From: Candidatus Multivoradales bacterium
Lineage (GTDB): Bacteria; Acidobacteriota; Thermoanaerobaculia; Multivoradales; JAHEKO01
Reading direction: 5' to 3'
Assembly (NCBI GenBank): GCA_965223155.1
Contig: CBDCVR010000015.1
Location: forward strand, 192,001-256,000
Length of the DNA stretch: 64,000 nt
A program made the translations under genes and the position numbers. Under the pieces are notes generated by a model, which was given only the letters and a program-made list of their open reading frames with translations, was not told the DNA's origin and did no database searches. Below are positions 46,485 through 61,046 of the stretch, in pieces. Each line of letters opens with the position of its first letter. Position 1 is the stretch's first letter.

Positions 46485-48014
46485 CTATCTCCTGCGTCTC
46501 AAGAAGATCCAGACACCGGCCAGGATGGCCAGGCCCGGAAGCACCAGAAAGACCAGTAGCGCCACGGTGCGAAGCTCGGCCGCGCTCAGGCTGAGCTTGG
46601 TCTGCTCGGGCGTCTTGGGAGGAATTCCGATCAATCCGTCCCGAGCCACCAGCCAGTTGAAGACGTTGGCGGCGAACTCGGCATTACCGACGTTCCGAAG
46701 TTGGTTGTTGCCGAGGAAATCCGAATCCCCGGCGACGACCAGACGCGGCCCCGCTTCCGCGGCGGCCGTCACGGCGTCGGCCGCGCCTTCGGCCTGCACA
46801 TCCGCCAGAGCGTCAGGCGATGCGTCGGCCAAGGTGTCGTCCGCTTCGTCCTCTTCCAGCTCGACAGCGACCGCGATCGCCACCGGCCCGGCCAGGTCGG
46901 ACTCGCCGCGCTCCACCGCTCCGAGAGCCTCCAGGTCGCGCTCGCCCCAGGCTTCGGCACTGGTCGTCAAGAGCTCGACCCCCGTGGCGCCGTCCGCGGG
47001 CACCACTTCGATCGAGCGCGCCAGGGGCACGATCACCGGCACGTCCGCCTGGGCCAGCGTGCGCGTGATCTCATGCTCGCCGAAGCCGTTCACGAAAAAG
47101 GTCTCGGCACCGTAGAACGGCAACTGCCGGGCCGGGTCCACGACGATGTCGGTTCCCGGCCGCACCCCGTAGCCGGCCAGGAGCTCCTCCAAGCCCGACG
47201 GCTCGACCGTACCGCGATCGGACACCATTGGATCCAACAACACCAGCAGCCGGCCTCCGCCGGCAAGGTAGCCGCGCAGTAACTCGACCTCGGGTTCCAC
47301 GAACGCCGCGGTCGGACTCGCCACGACCACGAGATCCGTGCCTGCCGGTACCGCTGCCGCGCCCAGCGGCGCCCATTCTTCCAACTCGAGATTGTCGCGT
47401 CGCAGGAGATCCGCGAGCTGACTCAAGCCCCGAGCCGAAGTGTCGTCCAGCTTGAGCTCGCCGTGACCGGTGGTAAACGCGATGCGTGACTTGGAGTCTT
47501 CGGAGAGCTCCAGCATCGCCTGCGTGAAGGCTTGCTCGCCCTTGAAAGCGGTCATCTCCGGATCCTGTCCGAACTGGAGTCCCGAGAAATCGTAGTCGGC
47601 CAGATCGGCGGCCTCGATCATGCGGCGATCGTCGCCCCGGTCCAGGATCACCACGTCCAGGCTCGCCAGCTCGTACCGGTCGACGAGCTGCTGGGCTTCG
47701 GCCAGGTTCTTCTCGGGATCCACCACCCGGACGCTGAAGCGGTCGCTGGCAGCGGCGTAGCGGGACAGGAGCTCGCGCACCGGCCCGAACAGCGGTTCGC
47801 CCGGGCTCAGGAAGACGAGCGCCTCGATCGGCCGTTCCAATCCTTCGACCACGGCCAGGCTCTTTTCCGAGAGGGTATAGAGCTCCTCGGCGGTCCAGTC
47901 CGCCCGCTTGTAGTACTTGGCCCCAACATAGTTGAGCATGACCACGAGCGCCACCACCAGCAGCACGCCGACGCTCAACAGGGAAGAATCCACCCAGGCT
48001 CGATTGCGGCTCAT
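46485..48014 (-). CDS. GldG-like ABC transporter auxiliary protein
   Basis: D.T....YTLSEKS, GEQAFT, FTTGHGE, GGRLLVLLDP, RLVVAGDSDF, C-terminal TM plus RRRR. Confidence 0.85.
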   Translation of the reverse strand: MSRNRAWVDSSLLSVGVLLVVALVVMLNYVGAKYYKRADWTAEELYTLSEKSLAVVEGLERPIEALVFLSPGEPLFGPVRELLSRYAAASDRFSVRVVDPEKNLAEAQQLVDRYELASLDVVILDRGDDRRMIEAADLADYDFSGLQFGQDPEMTAFKGEQAFTQAMLELSEDSKSRIAFTTGHGELKLDDTSARGLSQLADLLRRDNLELEEWAPLGAAAVPAGTDLVVVASPTAAFVEPEVELLRGYLAGGGRLLVLLDPMVSDRGTVEPSGLEELLAGYGVRPGTDIVVDPARQLPFYGAETFFVNGFGEHEITRTLAQADVPVIVPLARSIEVVPADGATGVELLTTSAEAWGERDLEALGAVERGESDLAGPVAIAVAVELEEDEADDTLADASPDALADVQAEGAADAVTAAAEAGPRLVVAGDSDFLGNNQLRNVGNAEFAANVFNWLVARDGLIGIPPKTPEQTKLSLSAAELRTVALLVFLVLPGLAILAGVWIFLRRRR

Positions 48015-48018
48015 GACC

Positions 48019-48759
48019 CTACCTCCACTTCTTCAGCGCCAGCGACCGGGTCGCCAGGAACAGAAATAGCCCGGTCGCGCTGGCGTAGTAGACCAGCCTG
48101 CGGGTGTCCACGATGCCGCGGCTGAAGTCTTCCATATGCTGCCACAGGTTGAGGTACTGGAAGACCTTCTGCACGTTCTCCCCATGGACCAGATTCTCGA
48201 GCAAGCCGAAGGTAAAGAGCGGCACGAGTAGGACGAAGGTGATGAGCGCGGCGACCAGCTGGCTCTTGGTGAGCGACGAGGCCAGGAGTCCAGCCGACAG
48301 GAAGACCGCTCCAATCCCCAGGATGCCGAGGTAGCCGGATGCCACGGGGCCCCAATGGACGGTGCTGTACCGGGCCAGAATCCCCGCGTAGACCAGGGTC
48401 GGAAGCCACAACAAGACGTACAGAACGAGCGCCGCGACGAATTTGCCCAAGACCACCTGGGCTTCGGTCACCGGAGCGGTCATCAGCACCTCCACCGTGC
48501 CGCTCCGCCGTTCCTCGCTCAGCAAGCGCATGGTCAGAACCGGCGTCAAGAACAACAGCACCAGCCAGAAAAAGAAGGTCTGTCCGAAGAAGAGCTCGAG
48601 CGGGGCGCCGAAACCGGCTCGCGGATCGCTCAGGAAGCTGACGATCAACCAGAACACGAAGCCGTTGACCAGCAACAGAACGGTCAAGACGATGTAGGCC
48701 AGCGGTGAAAGGAAATACGAGCGAAGCTCCCGCTCGACGGTCGCCAAGAACGCCTTCAT
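48019..48759 (-). CDS. ABC-2 type permease (GldF-like)
   Basis: RELRSYFLSPLAY, TMRLLSEERRSGT.E.L.T.P, GKF. Confidence 0.88.
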   Translation of the reverse strand: MKAFLATVERELRSYFLSPLAYIVLTVLLLVNGFVFWLIVSFLSDPRAGFGAPLELFFGQTFFFWLVLLFLTPVLTMRLLSEERRSGTVEVLMTAPVTEAQVVLGKFVAALVLYVLLWLPTLVYAGILARYSTVHWGPVASGYLGILGIGAVFLSAGLLASSLTKSQLVAALITFVLLVPLFTFGLLENLVHGENVQKVFQYLNLWQHMEDFSRGIVDTRRLVYYASATGLFLFLATRSLALKKWR

Positions 48760-49733
48760 GACACCACCTCCTCAGGCTCCCCGACGGCGGCGGGCGAACC
48801 CGGCTGCTCGCGCGTAGTGAGGCGCACGAAGACGTCTTCGAGCGACGCCCGGCTCTCCGCCAGCTCGAGCAGCACCCAGCCGGCGTCGACCGCGGCATGA
48901 AAGATCGCCGCTCGCGGATCGGCGCCCTCGTCACAGTCCAGGAGGAAGCGCTGCCCGGCCTCGGAGATCTCGGCGGCCTCGACGCGGGCGACTCCCGGCA
49001 GCGCCGCCAGCACCCGCTCGAACTCACCCTCGCCATAGACAGTCACCGTCAACCGGGAGGCGCTCGCCCAGCGCTCGCGCAGACTGTCGGGAGTCCCCTC
49101 GGCCACGATGCGGCCTCCGTCCACGATGATCACTCGATCGCAAAGAAGCTCCACCTCGGGCAGGATGTGGGTCGAGAGAAGCAGGGTCGACTCCTCGGCC
49201 AGCTCCCGGATGAGCGAGCGGATCGCCACGATCTGCTTCGGATCCAGCCCCACCGTCGGTTCGTCCAGTACCAGCACCCGCGGCCGGTGCAGGATCGCCG
49301 TCGCCAAGCCCACTCGCTGCCGGTAGCCCTTCGACAGCGTGCCGATGATCTGATGCTCGACATCTTCGAGCAAGGTCCGGCGCAGGACCTCGGGCAAGCG
49401 CGACTTGGCCTCGGCGGCGCCCAGGCCTTCCAGCCGGGCGCGGTACGCGAGGTACTCGCTGACCCGCATCTCCGGATAGAGCGCGACGTGCTCCGGCAGG
49501 TAGCCCAAGTCCCGGCGCGCGGCGATGGGAGCCTCGGCCAGGTCCTTGCCGTTAATCGTGATTCGGCCGCTGGTCGGGGGCAAAAAGCCGGTGACCATCC
49601 GGATCGTGGTGGTCTTGCCGGCTCCGTTGGGACCCAGAATCCCGACGATCTCTCCGTCGGCGACGGAGAACGAGACGCCGTCCACCGCGGTGAACTCGCC
49701 ATACCGCCTGGTCAGGTTGTGCGCTTCGATCAT
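48756..49733 (-). CDS. ABC transporter ATPase (GldA-like)
   Basis: GPNGAGKTT, LSKGYRQRVGLA, LDEPTVGLDP.Q, STHIL.EV. Confidence 0.9.
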   Translation of the reverse strand: MIEAHNLTRRYGEFTAVDGVSFSVADGEIVGILGPNGAGKTTTIRMVTGFLPPTSGRITINGKDLAEAPIAARRDLGYLPEHVALYPEMRVSEYLAYRARLEGLGAAEAKSRLPEVLRRTLLEDVEHQIIGTLSKGYRQRVGLATAILHRPRVLVLDEPTVGLDPKQIVAIRSLIRELAEESTLLLSTHILPEVELLCDRVIIVDGGRIVAEGTPDSLRERWASASRLTVTVYGEGEFERVLAALPGVARVEAAEISEAGQRFLLDCDEGADPRAAIFHAAVDAGWVLLELAESRASLEDVFVRLTTREQPGSPAAVGEPEEVVS

Positions 49734-49998
49734 CTCGTGTCTCCCTCGTGTCGGCGTCCTCGCGGCCCAGAGACGCTCCAAGTGCGTCCTGGGCACCGCC
49801 CCGGCGGAGCAAGATGGATGCCTGTTGGGCCGGTCGCTCGACGCCGTTTCGGTACATCCCGGAGCGCCGACGGAGCGCATTTTGGCATGATGTGGCGCTC
49901 GATCGAAATGCCATCCTGACATCCCGGCACGGCACCCGAACGGACACGGTCGAGCAAGGGCCCGCCGCTACGAGTACGATACGCTGAGGAGTCCCACC

Positions 49999-50286
49999 AT
50001 GAAGTCCGCCTACGAAGCAGCGCTCGAACGGCTCGAGACTCAGGGTATCGAGCGTCCGCGCGAAGACGCGCTGCCCGAAGCCGTGCGGGCCGAGATGGAG
50101 GCCGTGCGCCAGAAGGCCCAGGCGTCCCTGGCCGAGCTCGAGATTCTGGCCCGGGACCGGATGCTCAAGGCCGGCCTCGAACCCTCGGTTTCGGAAGACG
50201 GCGACTACCTGGCCGAGCGCCAACGCATTCTGGATCGCCGCGACCGGAAGCTCGAAGCCTTGCGTTCGAAATCGCGATCCGTCTAG
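49999..50286 (+). CDS. Small helical hypothetical protein (MKSAYE start)
   Basis: TACGAT -10 at 49975-49980, GAGGAG RBS, charged helical composition. Confidence 0.75.
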   Translation: MKSAYEAALERLETQGIERPREDALPEAVRAEMEAVRQKAQASLAELEILARDRMLKAGLEPSVSEDGDYLAERQRILDRRDRKLEALRSKSRSV

Positions 50287-51917
50287 GCGGATCCGGCGAA
50301 GACGCGCTCGAACTCTTCGATCGCGAGCACGTTGCCGCACACGTAGACGTCGTCGCCTTCTTCGAACTGGAACTCTTCGCCGAACTCGACGATCAACTGG
50401 TCGGCGCGCTCGACGGCGACCACCGAGACTCCCGTACGCTCCCGGATCCGCAGCCCCGCCGGGCTGCTGCCGGCGAGCCCGTCGGCGGTGAGGCGCACCA
50501 CCTGGACCTTGGGATCCAGCGAGACCGCCTGCTTGCCGAGAAGCCGGGCCGCCAGAATCTGGCCCGATACCTGACTAATCGACAAGGCGAAGTCGGCTCC
50601 GGCGCGGTGAATCCGGGCCACGTTCTGCGCCTCGTTGACGCGCGCGATAACCGGAATCTTAGGAGCGAAGTCCTTCAGAATCACCGTTCCGAAGAGGGTC
50701 GCGGCGTCGCTGTCCACCGCCAAGATCACTCCCTGGGCATCCCGGATCCCCGCCCGGCCCAGGACTTCGTACTCCAAGATGTCCGCCACCAGGTCCACGC
50801 CCTCTCCCTCCTGTCGATCGATCACCAAGATCTCTTCATCGGCGTCCCGCAAGAGTTCGGCGACCTTGCGGCCCACCTCGCCGTAGCCGGCCAGGATGAA
50901 CGGACCGGTTCGCTCCAGGGGCGTCGCTCCCGAGCAGAACTCGCCAAATCGCTGGACGCCCTCGGCGCTGCCCGCCACGATCAGGATCGCCCCGGGCACC
51001 AGCACGGTCTCGGCGGTGGGCGGCGCGATCAGCCGTCCCTCGACCCACTGGCCGAGGACCGAGATGCCGGTGCGCCGGCCAACCTCGGACTCCCCCAGCG
51101 TCTTGTCCGCCAGGGCACTGTGCGAACCGATCCGAGCCTCGCTCACGATCAACTTCCGGCCTAGCACCTGAGCGCCCTCGACCCGGGGACTGATGCGCTC
51201 GCTGGCCCGCGCGGCCAGCGCCGCTCCCAGAATGTGGCGCGGGGTAAAGACCGCCGTCGCTCCCGCGAGCAACATCGGCTTGCGGTGGAAGGGCTCTTCG
51301 ACGACCGCCAGAACGTCGCCCTCGAAACCGGCCTGACGGCTGGCAAGAATCACGGCCGCGTTCTCGTCGTCGCCGCCGTTGGCTACCAGGGCCCGCGCCC
51401 GGGAAAGACCGCTTCGCTCGAGAGAGCCGTCATCCAGATGCCCCAGCACCACGGTCCGGCCGCGCTCGACTAGACGGCGCGCCACGCGCTCGTCGCGCTC
51501 GACCACCACCGTCGAGACGCCGGCCCGATCCAGCTCGTCCAAGAGGGTGGCGACGGCGGCCCCGTACCGGTAGACGAGAACGTGATCCTCGGCTTCCGGC
51601 GCAGCCTTCGGCAGTCTTGATTCGAAACGCTCTTCGAGAAACGGAATCATGTAGATCGGAAAGATCAAGAAGACCAGGAACACGCCCAAGAACTGCAACA
51701 CGACGACGAAGGCCACCATCAACGGATGCGACCAGTCCGCATCCCCGCCGTAGCCCGTGGTCGAGAGCGTTTCGGCGGCGAAGCCGACGCTGCGCCAGAA
51801 GCCGCGCGACTCGCCTTCGAGCACCGCCATGCCAGCCATGTAGAGGAGCGCCGACACCAGGATCAAGATGGGCAGCGCGCCCAGGAGCATCGCGAGCCGG
51901 CGCCTGGAACGAAGCAT
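50283..51917 (-). CDS. Potassium channel with two TM helices, a pore loop and tandem TrkA-N/TrkA-C (RCK) domains
   Basis: Filter-like ETLSTTGYG, two Rossmann RCK domains (GYGEVG), two TrkA-C units (RTG.SV). Confidence 0.87.
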   Translation of the reverse strand: MLRSRRRLAMLLGALPILILVSALLYMAGMAVLEGESRGFWRSVGFAAETLSTTGYGGDADWSHPLMVAFVVVLQFLGVFLVFLIFPIYMIPFLEERFESRLPKAAPEAEDHVLVYRYGAAVATLLDELDRAGVSTVVVERDERVARRLVERGRTVVLGHLDDGSLERSGLSRARALVANGGDDENAAVILASRQAGFEGDVLAVVEEPFHRKPMLLAGATAVFTPRHILGAALAARASERISPRVEGAQVLGRKLIVSEARIGSHSALADKTLGESEVGRRTGISVLGQWVEGRLIAPPTAETVLVPGAILIVAGSAEGVQRFGEFCSGATPLERTGPFILAGYGEVGRKVAELLRDADEEILVIDRQEGEGVDLVADILEYEVLGRAGIRDAQGVILAVDSDAATLFGTVILKDFAPKIPVIARVNEAQNVARIHRAGADFALSISQVSGQILAARLLGKQAVSLDPKVQVVRLTADGLAGSSPAGLRIRERTGVSVVAVERADQLIVEFGEEFQFEEGDDVYVCGNVLAIEEFERVFAGSA

Positions 51918-52041
51918 GGCTCGATTCTACGGTGAATCGGCGCGGACCCGGCGGGCAGACGCAACGCTACGCCGCGAAAGCGGCAACCTGTGCGTCGAGG
52001 CCCAACGCCGCCGAAGAACACAGGCTAGACTTCCAGAGGTC

Positions 52042-52428
52042 ATGAGCGTCCGTCTCGACAAGTGGCTTCAGGTCGCGCGCGTGTTCAAAACGCGTAGCCA
52101 GGCCACCCGCGCCTGCACAGCCGGCCGGGTCCGGGTCGATGGCAGGCCGGCCAAGGCGCATCACAGCGTGCGGCCGGGCGAGCGCATCGACGTCGCCGCC
52201 GGCCGCGTCCGGAGGACCCTCGTCATCGTCGCCCTGGCCGAGAGGCCGCTGCCCAAAGCCGAAGCGGCCACGCTCTTCGAAGAACAAACCGAAGCCCGTC
52301 GAGTCCCGGACCGGGACACCACGGATGAAGTCGTCCCGGGATCGTTGCCGTCTGTCGGGCGCGAGCGTGGAACCGGGCGGCCGTCCAAGCGAGAACGGCG
52401 GCAGCTCGACCGGCTACGGCGCCGCTGA
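52042..52428 (+). CDS. hslR: S4-domain heat shock protein Hsp15
   Basis: VRLDKWL..AR.FKTRS.A, G.V.V.G..AK, GRPSKRERR. Confidence 0.9.
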   Translation: MSVRLDKWLQVARVFKTRSQATRACTAGRVRVDGRPAKAHHSVRPGERIDVAAGRVRRTLVIVALAERPLPKAEAATLFEEQTEARRVPDRDTTDEVVPGSLPSVGRERGTGRPSKRERRQLDRLRRR

Positions 52429-53499
52429 TTCGCCCTCGCTCGCCCGGAACAAGCCTAGCTGTTCGGAGCCTCCGGGGACCAGGTTCGAGCCTCCAACCCC
52501 CAGCAGGCGGACCGGACGCCGCCCGGCCTCGGTACGCTCCAGGAGCTCGCGGGCCGTCCGCCGCAGGCGGGTCTCGTCGCGAGTGGGAACCGTCAGAGTG
52601 CGCGACCGGGTCACGGTGGTGAAGTCCGAATACCGCACCTTGATGGTCACCGTCGCTGCCGACAGCTCGCGCCGCTCGAGCCCTCCGGCAAGCTGACCGG
52701 CGAGGCGGCCGAGAACCGCTTCGATCTCGTCAAGGCGGGAAAGGTCGGCGGCGAAGGTCGTCTCCGAGCTGATGCTCTTGCGCGTGCGATCGATCCGAAC
52801 CGGACGCTCGTCCCGGCCGCGGGCATACTCGTAGAGCACGGCGCCGTAGCGGCCGAAAAGCGCTTTGAGCTCCTCCACCGTTCGTGCCCGCAGCTCGCGG
52901 ATGGTCTCGAGCCCCGCCTTCTTGAGCCGCTTCTCCCCCACCGGACCGACTCCAGGAAGTGCTCGAACGGGAAGCGGATCCAGGAACACCTGGAGCTTCT
53001 TCGGGCTCACCACGGTCAGGCCGTTGGGCTTGTCGGCGTCAGAGGCAATCTTGGCCAGGAGCTTGTTGGGAGCCACGCCGACGCTGACCGTCAGGCCCCG
53101 CTCCTCGAGGACCCGGCGGCGCAGAGCCTGAGCCAGGCGCGTGGCACTGCCAAAGTGCCGCCAGGCCTCAGAAACGTCCAGATAGGCCTCGTCGATCGAG
53201 ACCGGCTGGACCACGTCGCCAAAGCCCCGAAAGATCTCGAAGATCTTCTGCGACTCGGCCCGGTAGCGCTGGAAGTCGGGCTTGAGAAAAACAGCGTCCG
53301 GACAGAGGCGGCGCGCCCGCGCCGACGGCATCGCCGAGCGCACGCCGAACGCCCGCGCCTCGTAGCTCGCCGCGGCCACCACGCCCCGGCTCTCGGGCTT
53401 GCCGCCGATGACCACCGGCAGCCCCGCGAGCGCGGGATCGTCCCGCATGTGAACCGCCGCGTAAAAGCAGTCCATGTCGCAGTGCAGGACTTTGCGCAC
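52414..53499 (-). CDS. dinB: DNA polymerase IV
   Basis: HCDMDCFYA, SYEARAFGVRSAM, SIDEAYLD, NKLLAKIASD..KP.G. Confidence 0.96.
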   Translation of the reverse strand: MRKVLHCDMDCFYAAVHMRDDPALAGLPVVIGGKPESRGVVAAASYEARAFGVRSAMPSARARRLCPDAVFLKPDFQRYRAESQKIFEIFRGFGDVVQPVSIDEAYLDVSEAWRHFGSATRLAQALRRRVLEERGLTVSVGVAPNKLLAKIASDADKPNGLTVVSPKKLQVFLDPLPVRALPGVGPVGEKRLKKAGLETIRELRARTVEELKALFGRYGAVLYEYARGRDERPVRIDRTRKSISSETTFAADLSRLDEIEAVLGRLAGQLAGGLERRELSAATVTIKVRYSDFTTVTRSRTLTVPTRDETRLRRTARELLERTEAGRRPVRLLGVGGSNLVPGGSEQLGLFRASEGESAAP

Positions 53500-53531
53500 G
53501 TCCGGCTCCGCTTGCGCGTCGAGGTTCCGGG

Positions 53532-54944
<1,413 letters not shown>

Positions 54945-54964
54945 AGCTTCCTCACCTCGAGATT

Positions 54965-58210
<3,246 letters not shown>

Positions 58211-58224
58211 GCCGGGGCGGGAGT

Positions 58225-58452
58225 CTAGCAGCCCTGAGGCGGACGCTCGTCCGAGCCCTCGAAGCCCGTACAGGCCAGAACCGGAAGCCGCGGATACCGG
58301 GGCAACGCGGGATCGGCTGCCGAGCGCCGGCAGAGCCAGAATTCGGTTCCGTCGGCCGCCAGCAGGCGCGCGTGGCGGCAGCGGGCGCAGAGCCCCACCG
58401 GCCCGGGGCCGGACCTCTCGCCCGAACCGCTCCGCCGGCCGGAGTCCACCAC
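58225..58452 (-). CDS. Small four-Cys hypothetical protein
   Basis: GLCARCRH...FWLC...[13 protein letters not shown]; GGAGA RBS before GTG 58452. Confidence 0.7.
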   Translation of the reverse strand: MVDSGRRSGSGERSGPGPVGLCARCRHARLLAADGTEFWLCRRSAADPALPRYPRLPVLACTGFEGSDERPPQGC

Positions 58453-58654
58453 TAAACTCTCTCCGGACGCCGTCCGTAGAACCAGTTGTAGGCCGTGTTC
58501 ACGCGGCACCCTCCGGCGCGAAGCAGGCCGTCATTCGCCGGCTGCCAACCGCCACCGACGACTCCGGTACGGCGTCTCTTCTCAAATCCCGCCGACACCT
58601 CCCGGGGGGCCTTTGGGCCCCCTCGCCCCTCCTCGCTCGGCGCGGCCGGGGAGC

Positions 58655-59929
58655 TCACTCGTAGCGCAGGGCCTCGGCGGGGCGGGTCCGACTCCCGGTG
58701 CCGGCCGGGAACCAGCAGGCCACTGCCGTCACGCCCAAGGTAAAGAAGACGATCGCCGCGACGTCCAGAAGCCGCACCCGGAACGGGACCGAGCTGACGA
58801 AATAGATTGCCGCAAGCTCGCTTTCGAAGCGCACCAGCTCGAAACGTGTAAGCGCCCAGGAAAGGCCCCATCCAGTCGCGACGCCGAGTACGAGACCGGC
58901 GGCGCCCAAGCCGCCGCCGTAGAGCAGAAAGAGCGACCGGAGCGCCCGCGGACCAAGCCCGAGGGCGGCCAGGACGCCCACGTCGCGCATGCGCTCGCGC
59001 ACCAGGACCACCAGGTTCGACGCCACGTTGAAGGTCGAGACCAGGACGATGAGCCCCAGGATCAAGAACAGCGCCAGCTTCTGGATGGCCAGGGCCGTGA
59101 AAAGCTCGCTGTTGAGTTCACGCCAGTCCACCACCAGGAAGTTGGGACCCAGGAGCGCGTCCGCGGCCTGGGCCACCTCGGTGGTGCGCGCGAGCTTGGA
59201 GACCGCGACCTCGAAGACGCTCTCGCCGACTCCGGCGCCGGCCAAAGACTCCAGACGCGAACGCTCGAGTACGACCAGCCGGCTGTCGAACTCCGAGAAC
59301 CCGGAGCGGAAGGTGCCCACCGCGGTCACCGTTTCGTAGCCAAAGCGGGGCTTGCCGGCCGCGACCCCCAGCACCATCAGTCGGAAGAGCTCGCCGCCAC
59401 CGGCATCCAACTCCTCGGCCAGCTCGGCGCCCAAGACCACGCCAGGTACTTCCGGTCGGACGCCGGAGGAACCCTCCAGAGGCTCGACCGCTCCCAGGCC
59501 GGCCACCGAATCCAGAGAGTCAACGCCGCGGAGACTGACGTCCACGGCGCGAGCTGCTTCTACACGGGTCGCGGGGGCTGCCGGGCCTGTCGGAGCTGTT
59601 GGAGCCAGGGAGCCCTGTCCGTAGCTCACCCGCCGCACCTCGTCGACGTGCTCGAGCCCGGCGAGGCGCCGCTTGAGCTCGGCGCCGTCGCCGGAGACGT
59701 CCGCAGCGCTCATCGGATAGACGAGAACCGCGGCGCTCCCACGGGTGATCTTGCCCAAGAGGTCCTCCCGGTATCCGGTCATCAAGGCCATCGCGATCAC
59801 CATGGCCGCGGTACCGATTGCGGTTCCCAGAAGAGCGGCGCGAGCGGTACCGTTGAGCAGCCGGGAGCGGCGTCCCCTGAGGAAACGGACCGCGATGCTC
59901 GCCAGGAGACCGAGTTCGTTCGAGCGCAC
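58655..59929 (-). CDS. LolC/E-family lipoprotein-releasing ABC permease
   Basis: A.RFLR, ALMTG, G.F.SG..EFD, DW.ELN..LF.AL..QK, IYF.SS.P. Confidence 0.88.
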   Translation of the reverse strand: MRSNELGLLASIAVRFLRGRRSRLLNGTARAALLGTAIGTAAMVIAMALMTGYREDLLGKITRGSAAVLVYPMSAADVSGDGAELKRRLAGLEHVDEVRRVSYGQGSLAPTAPTGPAAPATRVEAARAVDVSLRGVDSLDSVAGLGAVEPLEGSSGVRPEVPGVVLGAELAEELDAGGGELFRLMVLGVAAGKPRFGYETVTAVGTFRSGFSEFDSRLVVLERSRLESLAGAGVGESVFEVAVSKLARTTEVAQAADALLGPNFLVVDWRELNSELFTALAIQKLALFLILGLIVLVSTFNVASNLVVLVRERMRDVGVLAALGLGPRALRSLFLLYGGGLGAAGLVLGVATGWGLSWALTRFELVRFESELAAIYFVSSVPFRVRLLDVAAIVFFTLGVTAVACWFPAGTGSRTRPAEALRYE

Positions 59930-59936
59930 CGCCGCC

Positions 59937-61046
59937 TCAGGCCGACCGCAAGTCGGTCAAGAACCGATCGAACAGGTCCTCGGCATCCCGGGGTCCCGGC
60001 GCCGCTTCGGGATGGTACTGGGCAGACAGTACCGGCAGATCCTCGACCACAAATGCCTCCACTGTGCCGTCGTGGAGGTTCACTTGGTTCACCCGGCAGT
60101 TAGCCGGCAGGCTCTCGCCATCGACAGCGAAACCATGGTTCTGGCTGGTGATCAGAATCTCGCCGCTATCCAGATCGCGCACCGACTGGTTGCCGCCGTG
60201 GTGCCCGTACTTCAGCTTGAAGGTCTTGCCGCCAACCGCCAACCCGAGAAGCTGATGGCCGAGGCAGATCCCGAAGACCGGCGTCCGGTGCTCCAGAAGC
60301 TTTCGAATTTGCTCGACGATACCGGTCAGCGGTTCCGGATCCCCAGGGCCGTTCGACAGCACGACACCGTCGACCCCAGCCCCAAGCACTTCTTCGGCGG
60401 TAGCGCGGGCCGGGAACACCGTCAGCCTGGCGCCGCGGTCCGAGAGGTTGCGCAGGATGTTGGACTTCACACCGAAGTCCAGGACTCCCAGATGCAGGTC
60501 GGCCGCGATCCCGGCCGAAGGTTCCACCTGGAACGCGGCCTCGCAAGTCACCTCGTCCACCAGCGCCCGTCCCTCCATCGGCGGATGCGCGTCTAAACGG
60601 GCCCGCAGGGCATCCAGATCACCGTCGAAAGCCGAACCGGCCGCCAGCACTCCTCGGAGGGCACCGTGGTCACGCAGCCTGCGGACCACCGCCCGGGTGT
60701 CGAGTCCGTCCAGGGCGGGAATCCCGTGCCGCTCAAGATACTGAAGCAACTCTTCTTCGCTGGCGTGACTCGAGGCGCGGGCGGTGAAGTCCCGGGCCAG
60801 GAATCCCTCCACCCAAGGCCGGGCCGACTCCGCGAGGTCTTCGGCGACGCCGTAGTTGCCGATGTGCGGCATGGTCATGGTCACGATCTGGCCTCGATAG
60901 GAGGGATCGGTGAGGATCTCCTGGTACCCGGTCATCGAAGTGTTGAAGACCACCTCACCGCAGCGGAGGCCGTCGGAAACCGCCCGCCCGAAGAACGCGG
61001 AACCGTCCTCCAGGAGAAGAACGCCGCGCCGGTCGGGGCCGATCAC
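59937..61046 (-). CDS. carA: Carbamoyl-phosphate synthase small subunit
   Basis: GEVVFNTSMTGYQEILTDPSY, SNGPGDP, GICLGHQ, QYHPEAAPGP; GTG overlaps the upstream stop. Confidence 0.97.
   Translation of the reverse strand: MIGPDRRGVLLLEDGSAFFGRAVSDGLRCGEVVFNTSMTGYQEILTDPSYRGQIVTMTMPHIGNYGVAEDLAESARPWVEGFLARDFTARASSHASEEELLQYLERHGIPALDGLDTRAVVRRLRDHGALRGVLAAGSAFDGDLDALRARLDAHPPMEGRALVDEVTCEAAFQVEPSAGIAADLHLGVLDFGVKSNILRNLSDRGARLTVFPARATAEEVLGAGVDGVVLSNGPGDPEPLTGIVEQIRKLLEHRTPVFGICLGHQLLGLAVGGKTFKLKYGHHGGNQSVRDLDSGEILITSQNHGFAVDGESLPANCRVNQVNLHDGTVEAFVVEDLPVLSAQYHPEAAPGPRDAEDLFDRFLTDLRSA

Noticed and set aside
49884-49898. Sigma54-like TGGCAT...GC (also TGGCAC at about 3208 and 45032)
   Set aside because: GG-to-GC spacing is not the required 10 nt.
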